Source: Nanopusillaceae archaeon
GTDB lineage: Archaea; Nanobdellota; Nanobdellia; Nanobdellales; Nanobdellaceae
DNA length: 28,936 nucleotides
Assembly (NCBI GenBank): GCA_049973735.1
Contig: JBMFJL010000003.1
Coordinates: 1 to 28,936, forward strand
Reading direction: 5' to 3'
This document shows positions 15,743 to 24,891 of this stretch, piece by piece. The notes beneath the pieces were generated by a model. It did no database searches. It was given only the letters and a program-made list of their open reading frames with translations, and was not told where the DNA came from. Made by a program: the position numbers and the translations under genes. Every line of letters starts with the position of its first letter. Positions within the stretch are counted from its first letter, which is position 1.

Positions 15743-18580
15743 TTGTCAAATTATGAATATAATAACATAATTTTTAAATCTATTTTTCATAAGTTTTTTA
15801 TGGAAACAAATTCTTTTATAAATAAACAAAATGATTTTTTAAATAAAGAATATAAAATTAAAAAAGTTAGAAAAAGAGACGGGAGAATTGTTGATTTTGA
15901 TCCAAATAGGATTTCTTATGCTATTGAAAGAGCTATGAAAAGCGCTAATCAATATAATAAAGAATTATTAAAAGAAATTGTAAATTATGTGATAAGAGTA
16001 TTAGAAGAAAAATATGGAGAAAATAATATCCCTTCTGTTGAAGAAATTCAAGATATAGTAGAACTAACCTTATTAAAATTCAATTTATATGAAGTAGCGA
16101 AAAAATATATAACTTATAGAAAAGAAAAAGAACAAATAAGACAAGAAAAGATCAACTTATTGGGAAAATTTTATGAGGAAGAAATAGCAAAAAGATTTTC
16201 AATAAATTCTATAAGGTTAATGGTAAATAGGTACCTATTAAAAGATGAGAAATTACAATTATTGGAAGGACCAAAGCAAATGTTTGAAAGAGTAGCAGCT
16301 CTAATAGTTATTCCAGATATATTATATGATGAAAGAATATATGACAAGGATGCAAAGCAGAAAGTTCATGAAAAGGAAGAATTTAATGAAGTAGAATATG
16401 AAAATAAGTTAGGTTTACCAGTAAAAAATCCCTTATTCAAATGGAACAGATATCATCTAGAAAGAATGAAATATCTATATGATTATTTAAATGAAAGGAG
16501 TCATATGAAGGTTAGCTGGTCAAAATTTTTAGAAATGTTGAAAAATGGAGAATTTGATAAATATGTAGAAAATTATCAGAAATATTTTGATTTAATGGCA
16601 TCTAAAAAATTTATGCCAAATTCTCCAACTTTGTTCAATGCTGGTGCAAGGTTAGGACAACTATCAGCATGTTTCGTACTTGATATAGATGATGATATGT
16701 TATCTATTATGAAATCTGCTACAGATGCTTCATTAATATTTAAATCCGGTGGGGGTGTTGGAATAAATTATTCAAAATTAAGGCCCGAAGGAGATGTTGT
16801 AGCCTCTACTGGTGGTGTTGCATCCGGACCTGTCTCATTCATGAAAATCATAGATACAATTACAGATGTAGTAAAACAAGGGGGAAAAAGGAGAGGAGCA
16901 AATATGGGTATATTGGAAAGCTGGCATCCAGATATATTGAAATTTGTACATGCAAAGGAAAAAGAAGGGGTTCTTGAAAATTTCAATATTTCTGTAATGT
17001 TTGAGCCATCTTTTTGGAAATATTATGAAGAAAACAAACCATATCCTTTATTAAATCCAAGAATATTAAGAAAAGAAGGATCTCCTTTCCCAGGAGATAT
17101 AAATTATGATCCAAATAAAGTGCCAAAAGAGGCAATAACTGGTTATATAGATCCAAAGCAATTATTGTCAGAAATTGCTTATGTTGCATGGGAAAAGGCA
17201 GATCCAGGATGTTTATTTATGGACAATATAAATAGGAGAAATGTACAATATAAATATAGAGGACCAATTAGGGCTACAAATCCTTGTGGAGAACAACCTT
17301 TATATCCTTATGAATCATGTAATTTAGGATCAATAAATCTATATGCAATGATAGATTTTGTAGATGGAAAAGCTATATTTAATTGGGAAAGATATATAGA
17401 AACAATAAGATGGTCTTATAGGTTCTTAGATAATGTAATAGATGTAAATAAGTATCCAATAAAAGAAATAGAAGAAGCTTCTAAGGCAGTTAGAAGGGTC
17501 GGTTTAGGATATATGGGTCTTGCAGATGCAATGTTTGCCTTAGGAATACCTTATTCTTCAGAAGAAGGATTTAAATTTATCATGAAAGTAACAGAATATT
17601 TAACATATTATTCAATGTTAGAATCTGTTGAAAGGGCAAAGACCAGGGGTATATTTGAAAAATATAATCAGACTTCATATAAGGACGGAGAATTGCCTGT
17701 GGAGGGATATTATCATAGAGAACTATGGAATCTTGATTGGGATTATCTAAAAGAACAAATACTAAAATACGGTATAAGGAATGTAGAGGTAACCTCTATA
17801 GCACCAACTGGTTCAATTTCTATGTTGGTAGATGTCTCTTCAGGAATTGAGCCACAATATTCATTAGTATATGAGAAAAGAGTTACTGCAGGTACATATT
17901 ATTATGTAGATATAGAATTTGAAAGACAGTTAAGGGAGAGAGGACTGTATAAAGAAGAAATATTGAAGAAAATATCTGATAATGGTGGAAGTTTACTTGG
18001 AATAAAAGAAATACCAGATGATTTGAAGAGAGTATTTCTAACAGCTTTAGATATTCCATGGTGGGATCATGTTAGGGCTCAGGCAGTAGCACAGATCTGG
18101 ATTACAACATCAATTTCTAAGACAATAAATATGCCAAACTGGGTAACGCCAGAAGATGTATTAAGTGCATATTTGTTTGCATATAAGACAGGATGCAAAG
18201 GAATAACAATATATAGAGATGGATCGAAATCTGTGCAAGTATACTATGCACCTGCTGAAGCATCAAAAGCCAGGGTGGCAGAATATTTAAGGTTGGTAAG
18301 GGAAGGAAAAATAGAAAATAAAACTATAGAAATATTAAAGGAGTTGGGTATAAAAATACCGGAGTGGTATTATGAATTAACAGAAAAAAAGGAGGAAAAG
18401 AATGTTAATCACAAAATAAAGCTAGATATAAATATCACTCAACCACGAATAACACCAGAGAATATAGATGATAATCATAAAGTAAAGAAATGTCCTGTAT
18501 GTGGTTCTACAAGATTAAAACATGAAGGTGGATGTGTAACATGTTTAGATTGTGGCTGGTCAGAATGTATAATCTCATAA
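15743..18580 (+). CDS. nrdJ: Class II (adenosylcobalamin-dependent) ribonucleoside-triphosphate/diphosphate reductase with an N-terminal ATP-cone and a C-terminal zinc ribbon
   Basis: The ATP-cone is [25 protein letters not shown]. The catalytic motifs are [31 protein letters not shown] and [12 protein letters not shown]. The C-terminus is CPVCGS...CVTCLDCG. The track start is a TTG. The ATG at 15800 (METNSF...) is a plausible alternative start. Confidence 0.9.
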   Translation: MSNYEYNNIIFKSIFHKFFMETNSFINKQNDFLNKEYKIKKVRKRDGRIVDFDPNRISYAIERAMKSANQYNKELLKEIVNYVIRVLEEKYGENNIPSVEEIQDIVELTLLKFNLYEVAKKYITYRKEKEQIRQEKINLLGKFYEEEIAKRFSINSIRLMVNRYLLKDEKLQLLEGPKQMFERVAALIVIPDILYDERIYDKDAKQKVHEKEEFNEVEYENKLGLPVKNPLFKWNRYHLERMKYLYDYLNERSHMKVSWSKFLEMLKNGEFDKYVENYQKYFDLMASKKFMPNSPTLFNAGARLGQLSACFVLDIDDDMLSIMKSATDASLIFKSGGGVGINYSKLRPEGDVVASTGGVASGPVSFMKIIDTITDVVKQGGKRRGANMGILESWHPDILKFVHAKEKEGVLENFNISVMFEPSFWKYYEENKPYPLLNPRILRKEGSPFPGDINYDPNKVPKEAITGYIDPKQLLSEIAYVAWEKADPGCLFMDNINRRNVQYKYRGPIRATNPCGEQPLYPYESCNLGSINLYAMIDFVDGKAIFNWERYIETIRWSYRFLDNVIDVNKYPIKEIEEASKAVRRVGLGYMGLADAMFALGIPYSSEEGFKFIMKVTEYLTYYSMLESVERAKTRGIFEKYNQTSYKDGELPVEGYYHRELWNLDWDYLKEQILKYGIRNVEVTSIAPTGSISMLVDVSSGIEPQYSLVYEKRVTAGTYYYVDIEFERQLRERGLYKEEILKKISDNGGSLLGIKEIPDDLKRVFLTALDIPWWDHVRAQAVAQIWITTSISKTINMPNWVTPEDVLSAYLFAYKTGCKGITIYRDGSKSVQVYYAPAEASKARVAEYLRLVREGKIENKTIEILKELGIKIPEWYYELTEKKEEKNVNHKIKLDINITQPRITPENIDDNHKVKKCPVCGSTRLKHEGGCVTCLDCGWSECIIS

Positions 18581-19990
18581 ATGGTAAATAAAGATATTTT
18601 AGTGATAAATGAAAAAAGCAATATTGCAATATCCACTTTATGGAGTAGAAAAGAAAGTATATTATTAAAGTTACCAGAAGATGTAAAGAATAAGATATGT
18701 GTTATAGGGACAACATATACATCATATGGTGTCAATTTTGTAATTGAAACGCTTGCTAAATATCCTAGTATAGATACTTTAATACTTTATGGAGCAGATT
18801 TGTCTACTTCTGGAAGTGCTTTATATGAAATCTTTCATAATAAAAATCTAGAGGGTCAAAAAATAGTTTTACCGAAAGATAAAATAATAGAAATAATAAA
18901 AACTGTTAAATTGATAGATTTGAGGGAAGAATTCAAGAAAGGCAATATAGAAAAATTAATAGAGGAAATAAACAAAAATTATAAGGAGGGAGTTAAAGTT
19001 AGAGAATTAGTAGATGTAAAAATTGAAGAAAAAGCAGAGTTAAATAGTTGGCCAATACCAATTTCTGGCTACTTTGTATATGAAACTTCTCCATTTAGAG
19101 CCTGGATAAAAATACTAGATAATATAATGAAATTTGGATATATAAAATATTCTGAATATGATGAACCACAGAAGGAATATTTGAACATCATGGTAACAAT
19201 AGGTCTATATGGTAGAGAATATAAAATAGAAGAACAGTTTTTTGAATTTATTGATGCAAAGGAATTTGAAAAACATATAGAAGAGGTTTTATCTCCATAT
19301 AAACCAGAGGGTGTAGAATATACTTATGGTAGTAGACTTTTTTCACATGAAGTTATTGGAAACCAGATTGAATTTATAATAGACAAACTGGCTAAATCTC
19401 CATATACTAGGAGAGCTGTAGCAATTACTTGGAATCATATAGAAGATACAAAATCAACTAATCCCCCATGTATTGTTTCTGTTCAGGGAATAATCAGTGG
19501 AGATTATTATAATCATACAGTTTGGATTAGAAGTAATGATATGGTAAAAGGATGGCCTGTAAATATAGTAGGTCAAATAGAGCTTGCAAAATATATTGTG
19601 AATAGAATTAATGAGAAGACAAAAACAGAATTTAAAGTCGGTACAGTAACTACCATATCAACCTCTGCACATATATATAAACATGATTGGGATTTAGTAA
19701 AAGAAATATTAACAAAATATTCTTATAGGATGAAGGAATTTGTTGAAGATCCAAAAGGAAACTTCTTAGTATATCATGATGAAGATAAAGTAACATTAGA
19801 GCATAGAACGCCAGATATGTCTATAGTAGATTACAAAATATCTTCAAGGAATTTCTGGGAAATATATAATTCCTTAAAAGGTGGTTCTTTCTTTACATTG
19901 TATGACCATGCATTATATCTTGGAAAAGAGATAAAAGCAGCATTTGAAAAATTGAAAAGAGGAGAAAAATATGTACAAGATGAAGCTTAG
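18581..19990 (+). CDS. thyA: ThyA-family thymidylate synthase-like enzyme fused to an N-terminal MtrA/DUF4346-like domain of about 150 aa
   Basis: The C-terminal half has the ThyA active-site set: YTRRAVAITWN, NPPC (catalytic Cys), IRSNDMVKGWPVNI and SAHIY. N-terminal residues about 15-85 (IAISTLWS...ICVIGTTYTSYGVNFVIETLAKYPSIDTLILYGADLSTSGSAL) resemble the MtrA-like motif ([42 protein letters not shown]). The ATG follows the nrdJ stop directly. Confidence 0.7.
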   Translation: MVNKDILVINEKSNIAISTLWSRKESILLKLPEDVKNKICVIGTTYTSYGVNFVIETLAKYPSIDTLILYGADLSTSGSALYEIFHNKNLEGQKIVLPKDKIIEIIKTVKLIDLREEFKKGNIEKLIEEINKNYKEGVKVRELVDVKIEEKAELNSWPIPISGYFVYETSPFRAWIKILDNIMKFGYIKYSEYDEPQKEYLNIMVTIGLYGREYKIEEQFFEFIDAKEFEKHIEEVLSPYKPEGVEYTYGSRLFSHEVIGNQIEFIIDKLAKSPYTRRAVAITWNHIEDTKSTNPPCIVSVQGIISGDYYNHTVWIRSNDMVKGWPVNIVGQIELAKYIVNRINEKTKTEFKVGTVTTISTSAHIYKHDWDLVKEILTKYSYRMKEFVEDPKGNFLVYHDEDKVTLEHRTPDMSIVDYKISSRNFWEIYNSLKGGSFFTLYDHALYLGKEIKAAFEKLKRGEKYVQDEA

Positions 19991-20023
19991 AATTATTTGT
20001 AAAGCAAAAATGCTATATATTAA

Positions 20024-20095
20024 TGGACCCGCCGGGATTCGAACCCGGGATCTCCGGCTTGCAAGGCCGGCATCCTACCACTAGACTACGGGCCC
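20024..20095 (-). tRNA. tRNA-Ala (anticodon UGC) with a G3-U70 identity pair
   Basis: The reverse complement reads GGGCCCG-UA-GUCU-AGUGGUA-GGAU-G-CCGGC-CUUGCAA-GCCGG-AGAUC-CCGGG-UUCGAAU-CCCGG-CGGGUCC-A. Confidence 0.9.
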
Positions 20096-20283
20096 AATAA
20101 TAATATTAAGGTTGGAAAATTATTTTAAATTCTTTTTGGATGACAACAAATAATTGTATTCTATTGTTCTAATTATTTTTTGTTTATACATACAGAAAGT
20201 TTAAAAGATCGCAAAAACTTGTGGAAAAAACAGTAAACAGAAAATAATTTGATAGAATTACATTGTGAAAATACTAATCAAAG

Positions 20284-20368
20284 TGCGGCGGGTGGGATTT
20301 GAACCCACGACGGATCTGCTCCATCGGGTCTTGAGCCCGACCCCTTTGTCCAGCTCGGGCACCGCCGC
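20284..20368 (-). tRNA. tRNA-Leu (anticodon CAA), class II, discriminator A73
   Basis: The reverse complement reads GCGGCGG-UG-CCCGAGCUGGACAAAGGGG-UCGGG-CUCAAGA-CCCGA-UGGAGCAGAUCCGUC-GUGGG-UUCAAAU-CCCAC-CCGCCGC-A. A TTTATTTTTA element is centred about 27 nt upstream of +1. Confidence 0.9.
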
Positions 20369-20476
20369 GCCGATAAAATATAATAAACAATAAAAATAAA
20401 TAAATTTATTGTTTGCAATTCCTCATTTAACCTATTTAAATCATGATTTATAAGTAAAGAAAAGTTAAAATAAAAT

Positions 20477-21715
20477 ATGAAAAAAGGTCTATTTATAATA
20501 TTAGATGGTTTGGGAGATCATGTAAATAAAGAATTGGGAAATAAAACACCATTAGAAGCAGCTAAAAAAGAAAATATAGACAAAATGGTTAGATTATCTG
20601 AAAATGGGATTGTAGATGTAGTAGGAACTGGTTTAGTGCCTGGAAGTGATACTGGTCATTTGTCTTTATTTGGATACAATGTTAAAAAATATTATAGAGG
20701 TAGAGGTATATTTGAAGCACTCGGAAATGATATAGAATTGGATGAAGGAGATATAGCATTTAGATTAAATTTCGGAACTGTAAATGAGGAAGGTATAATA
20801 GTAGATAGAAGGATTGGAAGAAATGATTATGGGTTAGAAGAATTATTGAACGAATTCGAACCTATAAAAGAAAAAATAGAGAAAGAATATGGAATAAAGA
20901 TAATAATAAAGCATGGTGTAGAACATAGAGGCGTATTAGTATTAAAAGGTTTGGAATCTGAAAAAGTTACAGAAAATGATTTACACGAAGAAAATATAAA
21001 AATTCCAGAAATAAAATACAAAGAAGAGAAAGCAAAGATTACAGCAGAGGTATTAAATAAATTAATAAAAGAATTTTATGAATTTTCAAAAAGAAATAAA
21101 ATAAATAAAGAAAGAAAGGAAAAAAATTTACCAGAAATAAATTATATGCTAATAAGATCTCCATCTAAATATAAAAAACTAAATAAAAAAGATTTATTTA
21201 ACAATAGATATAAAATTAAGTCAATATTTTTAGCGGCAGCACCAATGTATCTAGGAGTCGCAAAATATGTTGGTATGGATATATATAAACCACTTGGAAC
21301 TAATGGTACAGCAAATGAAAATTTATTTTCATTTGCAGAAACAGCAATAAGTTATAGAGATAAATACGATCTAGTATTTATACATATAAAGGGTACAGAT
21401 TCTTTATCTCATGATAAAAAACCAAAAGAAAAGAAAAAATTTATAGAAAGGATAGATAAGGAATTGATAGCAAGAGTAAAAGATGAATTTGACGTAATTG
21501 TATTAACTGGAGATCATTCGACTTCATCAATACTTGGAAGACATGTTTCAGATCCAGTTCCAATAATGATTTATTCGGAAAATAGCAGATATGGATTTGT
21601 AAAAAATTTCTCTGAAAGAAAATGTGTAAAAGGTACGCTTGGTAGAATAAAGGGAACAGATGTTATAAAAATAGTGCTAGATAAATTGGACAAATATATT
21701 ATGTTTGGCTCTTAG
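20477..21715 (+). CDS. apgM: 2,3-bisphosphoglycerate-independent phosphoglycerate mutase, archaeal type
   Basis: 412 aa. FIILDGLGD, TPLEAAKKENIDKM, PGSDTGHLSLFGY, FIHIKGTDSLSHD and LTGDHSTS are typical ApgM/alkaline-phosphatase-superfamily motifs. Its 3' end overlaps the convergent rps3 by 17 nt. Confidence 0.85.
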   Translation: MKKGLFIILDGLGDHVNKELGNKTPLEAAKKENIDKMVRLSENGIVDVVGTGLVPGSDTGHLSLFGYNVKKYYRGRGIFEALGNDIELDEGDIAFRLNFGTVNEEGIIVDRRIGRNDYGLEELLNEFEPIKEKIEKEYGIKIIIKHGVEHRGVLVLKGLESEKVTENDLHEENIKIPEIKYKEEKAKITAEVLNKLIKEFYEFSKRNKINKERKEKNLPEINYMLIRSPSKYKKLNKKDLFNNRYKIKSIFLAAAPMYLGVAKYVGMDIYKPLGTNGTANENLFSFAETAISYRDKYDLVFIHIKGTDSLSHDKKPKEKKKFIERIDKELIARVKDEFDVIVLTGDHSTSSILGRHVSDPVPIMIYSENSRYGFVKNFSERKCVKGTLGRIKGTDVIKIVLDKLDKYIMFGS

Positions 21716-22373
21716 TCAATTTTTCCAATAGAGAAGGATCTATTTTTTCTAATTGTTCTGGATTTATCTCTGATAAATCCTTTACTTTTATTCTATCTGG
21801 TAACTTATCTACTGGTCTAAGTATCCTAACTTGAATACCTAGAACACCAGAAGGCAATTTTGCATGTCTTATACTTACACCGATCATCTTATTTAGTTCA
21901 CCAGACTTTTTTATGTATCCTCTTTGTTCTCTTATTGTTGAAGATCTTTCTCCAATGACCTTGCCAGTTATCCTTACTTCTATACCTAGTGCACCAGCTT
22001 TCATTACCTCCTCAATTACTCTATGCATTATTGCTCTCACTTTACCATTTTGTCTTTCAATTTGTGATGCAATTAAATCGGCAACAATCTCAGAATCTAA
22101 TAAAGGATTTTCTACAGCAACAGCTTCGATTATAGGATCTTTTACTTTTGCTACTTTTTCAACTATTTTCTTTATTTTTTCTACATTTTCGTTTGCAGCA
22201 CCTAAAACTAATCTTGGTCTAGCGCAATAAATTACTACTTTTGTTCCCATTGAAACTTTTAAAAATTCTACTCTACTGATTAATTTTCCTTTAAATTGAT
22301 TTTTTATTATTCTGTCTAATGTAGCTTCTATTTTTCTTTCTTTTATAACTTCCTCTATATTCTTTGAAGCCAT
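21699..22373 (-). CDS. rps3: Ribosomal protein uS3
   Basis: 224 aa. A KH domain region (VVIYCARPRLVLGAANENVEKIKKIVE) is followed by LIASQIERQNGKVRAIMHRVIEEVMKAGALGIEVRITGKV. It lies downstream of rpl22 in the canonical order. Confidence 0.9.
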   Translation of the reverse strand: MASKNIEEVIKERKIEATLDRIIKNQFKGKLISRVEFLKVSMGTKVVIYCARPRLVLGAANENVEKIKKIVEKVAKVKDPIIEAVAVENPLLDSEIVADLIASQIERQNGKVRAIMHRVIEEVMKAGALGIEVRITGKVIGERSSTIREQRGYIKKSGELNKMIGVSIRHAKLPSGVLGIQVRILRPVDKLPDRIKVKDLSEINPEQLEKIDPSLLEKLTKSQT

Positions 22374-22927
22374 TCTTTTATTATATTTTTAGATATTTCT
22401 TTTAAGGCCTTTCTTTTTAACTTTTTACTGGTATCTAATGTTTCTATATATAAACCATATATTTTTATATTTGTTGATTTTTTCCTTACCATAGCCAATT
22501 CTTTTCTAATTCCACCAGGGCCAGTTTTTACTTTAATTTTTTTAACTTTTTTTAGTCTAAATCCTTTTGAAGCATCTACAGAAACTATTACTACTTTGTT
22601 TGGATCTAGACCCAAATTTTTTGCATTATTCTCCAAAGAATTCAGCAATTTCAAATAATATTTTGAAGCTTTGGTAGGATATCTTCCATATGGTACTTTA
22701 CCTGCTACATTTCCATGATGAGCCTGCTTTTTATTGTATTTATAGTATGGTACTGCTATTTTTTGTTTTATTACCAATTCTAAATATTTTTTCGCCATCG
22801 GTATTGTCAAATATTTTATAAATCTACCAACCATCTCCGAATCTTTTCTAGATATTGGTAAATTTGACGCACTTACTGTAACCATTTTTTTATTTTCTTT
22901 CAGTAATGATACTAGTTTAGAGATCAT
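22355..22927 (-). CDS. rpl22: Ribosomal protein uL22
   Basis: 190 aa. ASNLPISRKDSEMVGRFIKYLTIPMAKKYLELVIKQKIAVPYYKYNKKQAHHG...GRYPTKASKYYLKLLNSLENNAKNLGLD is typical L22/L17e. The internal Met at residue 15 (MVTVSAS) is a possible true start. Confidence 0.85.
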   Translation of the reverse strand: MISKLVSLLKENKKMVTVSASNLPISRKDSEMVGRFIKYLTIPMAKKYLELVIKQKIAVPYYKYNKKQAHHGNVAGKVPYGRYPTKASKYYLKLLNSLENNAKNLGLDPNKVVIVSVDASKGFRLKKVKKIKVKTGPGGIRKELAMVRKKSTNIKIYGLYIETLDTSKKLKRKALKEISKNIIKEWLQRI

Positions 22928-22968
22928 AAAGTCATTGTATATAAAAATATTTATAAGATATTATATAA

Positions 22969-23364
22969 ATGTCAGACAGGTTTTTTGAAGCATTAATAAT
23001 TATAGTAGTATCTTTCATAGTCACTATATTATTATTAGAAAAAATAGCTTATTCATACTCTATAAATTACCAATATGCTGATTCTTTCGAAAGATTTATA
23101 GAAGGTAGAATGATAATTAGAATTTTAACAGAAAAAATATCAAATAACATTTGTAATCTAACCATAAACAATTTTAATTATGATATAATAAATCAAACTA
23201 TAGCAAGTTATGGTATAAATAGACCATATAGTATATTATATAAAAATTTGGAGACTGGAGAAGAAATAAGTTTGGGTTTAAATATAACTGGTGAATTTAT
23301 TTCTTTTAGCAGAGTTTGCAACTATAATGGCCAATTATATTTAGTCAGGGTAATGATAACATGA
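22969..23364 (+). CDS. Hypothetical small protein with an N-terminal hydrophobic helix (pilin-like or membrane-anchored)
   Basis: 131 aa. The N-terminus is MSDRFFEALIIIVVSFIVTILLL and the body has several N-x-S/T sequons. It is first of three overlapping ORFs. Confidence 0.45.
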   Translation: MSDRFFEALIIIVVSFIVTILLLEKIAYSYSINYQYADSFERFIEGRMIIRILTEKISNNICNLTINNFNYDIINQTIASYGINRPYSILYKNLETGEEISLGLNITGEFISFSRVCNYNGQLYLVRVMIT

Positions 23365-23705
23365 GATCTTTCAGTATTACAATACTTTTTGAAATAGTAG
23401 TTGTAATTATAGTTTTATTTTTTATATTAACAAGTAACATATACCCAAATATGTATTTTAAAGGATATGAAAAAGAGGATTTGTATGCTTCCTTAATTTC
23501 AATAAACTATCTAAATTTATCTGATGTAAATCAATTAAACAGATCAATATACATGGTAGTTACTAATATTCTTCCATATTATTATGTTTTAATAAATGGA
23601 GAGCTATACTTTAATAATACAGATTTTAATGATGTAAAACAAGGTATAAGAACATTTTATATAGTAAATGGCTCAATATATTATGTAGATATATATTGGA
23701 AATGA
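23361..23705 (+). CDS. Hypothetical small protein with an N-terminal hydrophobic helix (pilin-like or membrane-anchored)
   Basis: 114 aa. The N-terminus is MRSFSITILFEIVVVIIVLFFIL. The body is N/Y-rich with sequons (NLS, NRS, NNT, NGS). It has an ATGA overlap with the upstream ORF. Confidence 0.45.
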   Translation: MRSFSITILFEIVVVIIVLFFILTSNIYPNMYFKGYEKEDLYASLISINYLNLSDVNQLNRSIYMVVTNILPYYYVLINGELYFNNTDFNDVKQGIRTFYIVNGSIYYVDIYWK

Positions 23706-23983
23706 AATCACAATTCATATTATTATACTTAGTATTAATTCTTTTCATATCTTTGAACTTCTTATATTATAATTTCTCTAATAATTATTATTATCAACCA
23801 GATTTAGGACAATATGTGGCAGAAGACTTTTATACAAAATTATTATTGTACCCAGATTATTTCTCATTAATAAATAATACTTATTACAGTATATGTTTAA
23901 ACGAAAGTATGTTATGTTATAACAATGGAACAAACATTATAATTATAACTACTAATAGTGAATATATTTTATTGAATCCATAG
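23696..23983 (+). CDS. Hypothetical small protein with an N-terminal hydrophobic helix (pilin-like or membrane-anchored)
   Basis: 95 aa. The N-terminus MEMKSQFILLYLVLILFISL shares MKSQF with the 159-aa protein at 12183-12662. The body is N/Y-rich. The last base of its stop codon is base 1 of tRNA-Glu. Confidence 0.4.
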   Translation: MEMKSQFILLYLVLILFISLNFLYYNFSNNYYYQPDLGQYVAEDFYTKLLLYPDYFSLINNTYYSICLNESMLCYNNGTNIIIITTNSEYILLNP

Positions 23984-24057
23984 CCCCCGTCGTCTAGCCA
24001 GGTCTAGGATACGGGGTCCTCACCCCCGAGACCCGGGTTCAAATCCCGGCGGGGGCA
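23983..24057 (+). tRNA. tRNA-Glu (anticodon CUC), 75 nt, 4-nt variable loop, no intron
   Basis: GCCCCCG-UC-GUCU-AGCCAGGUCUA-GGAU-A-CGGGG-UCCUCAC-CCCCG-AGAC-CCGGG-UUCAAAU-CCCGG-CGGGGGC-A. In my hand fold the anticodon loop reads U32 C33 C34 U35 C36 A37 C38, so position 33 is C rather than the near-universal U. Confidence 0.85.
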
Positions 24058-24151
24058 TAAATTTTAATTAAAAATTTAGTTTTTCTGTAAATTAGTTTAA
24101 AAAAGGACAATTTTGATGAATAAAAATATTTTTATAAGGTTAAAAAATATT

Positions 24152-24355
24152 TTATTGGCCTGCCCAAACTAATTTTCCGCCACTTTCTTTTATGTATCCT
24201 TTATTCATGTATCTTGTTACTAATGCTTTAACAACAGATGGTTTTTTGCCTAATTTGTTTGCTATTTCTTGTACTACTTGGTCAAGTTTCTCTTTTGGTA
24301 CTCCGTTTTTAAATTTATTTACTAATTCCTCTTTTAATTTAGATGTAGTAGCCAT
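24152..24355 (-). CDS. Hypothetical small basic protein, possibly a winged-helix nucleic-acid binder
   Basis: 67 aa and K-rich. The C-terminal KPSVVKALVTRYMNKGYIKESGGKLVWAG looks like a recognition helix plus wing. No family was recognised. Confidence 0.4.
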   Translation of the reverse strand: MATTSKLKEELVNKFKNGVPKEKLDQVVQEIANKLGKKPSVVKALVTRYMNKGYIKESGGKLVWAGQ

Positions 24356-24441
24356 AATAATAAATTAGCGAATAGTGATATAAACTTTACTCAAAAAAGT
24401 TATAAAATGTTTATTTAGTTACCGAAAAGGTATAAATGGAC

Positions 24442-24891
24442 TTATTCTTTTATAATTCCCCTTTCCTTTAGATATAACAGTACGTGTCTCTTATTTCTTA
24501 GCTGACCGGCCTTTGCCCTAATATATAATTCCCTATAAGTATGTCTATCAATTTTCTTTTCGTTTAACAATTGTCTTAGTAATCTTCTTATAGCTCTTAT
24601 CCTTATCATCCATAATCTCTTCTTGTCGTTTCTAGCTTTCTTAGTCCCTTTTCTAGAACCATGTCCTCTTCTTCTTCCTTTTTGTTTCTGTCTCCTTATA
24701 TAATTTGCCCAGGTTCTAGACTGCCCTTTTACCTCTTTTTTTCTTATAATTCCTTTATCAATTAAATCCTTTATATCCTGTCTACTTAATGCTTTGCTTA
24801 CTTCTTCAATTTTATTTGGATCTATCCATACTCTATCTTCTCCCACACCCAATATATCTGCTGCCAATCTTTTTTGTAAAGATAAGTCCAT
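24442..24891 (-). CDS. rpl19e: Ribosomal protein eL19
   Basis: 149 aa. LQKRLAADILGVGEDRVWIDPNKIEEV...GRRRGHGSRKGTKKAR...WMIRIRAIRRLLRQL is typical L19e. Confidence 0.9.
   Translation of the reverse strand: MDLSLQKRLAADILGVGEDRVWIDPNKIEEVSKALSRQDIKDLIDKGIIRKKEVKGQSRTWANYIRRQKQKGRRRGHGSRKGTKKARNDKKRLWMIRIRAIRRLLRQLLNEKKIDRHTYRELYIRAKAGQLRNKRHVLLYLKERGIIKE

Noticed and set aside
15568-15799. A possible cobalamin riboswitch or other structured leader upstream of the B12-dependent RNR
   Set aside because: The region is almost pure A/T with no GC-rich helices. In this genome every structured RNA I could identify is conspicuously GC-rich. It is more likely a promoter and spacer. The only uncertainty here is TTG (15743) versus ATG (15800) as the start.
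20096-20283. 188-bp spacer between tRNA-Ala and tRNA-Leu, considered as a hidden ncRNA or small CDS
   Set aside because: It has no GC-rich segment, no convincing ORF (the longest ATG ORF I read is about 10 codons) and no repeats. It probably holds only the promoter and terminator signals of the two tRNA genes.
24114-24119. TGATGA (C-box-like) in the spacer after tRNA-Glu, and GGATGAC at 20138-20144 between tRNA-Ala and tRNA-Leu, as possible C/D box sRNAs
   Set aside because: I found no matching D box (CUGA) at a suitable distance, no terminal stem and no C'/D' pair. Such hexamers are expected by chance.
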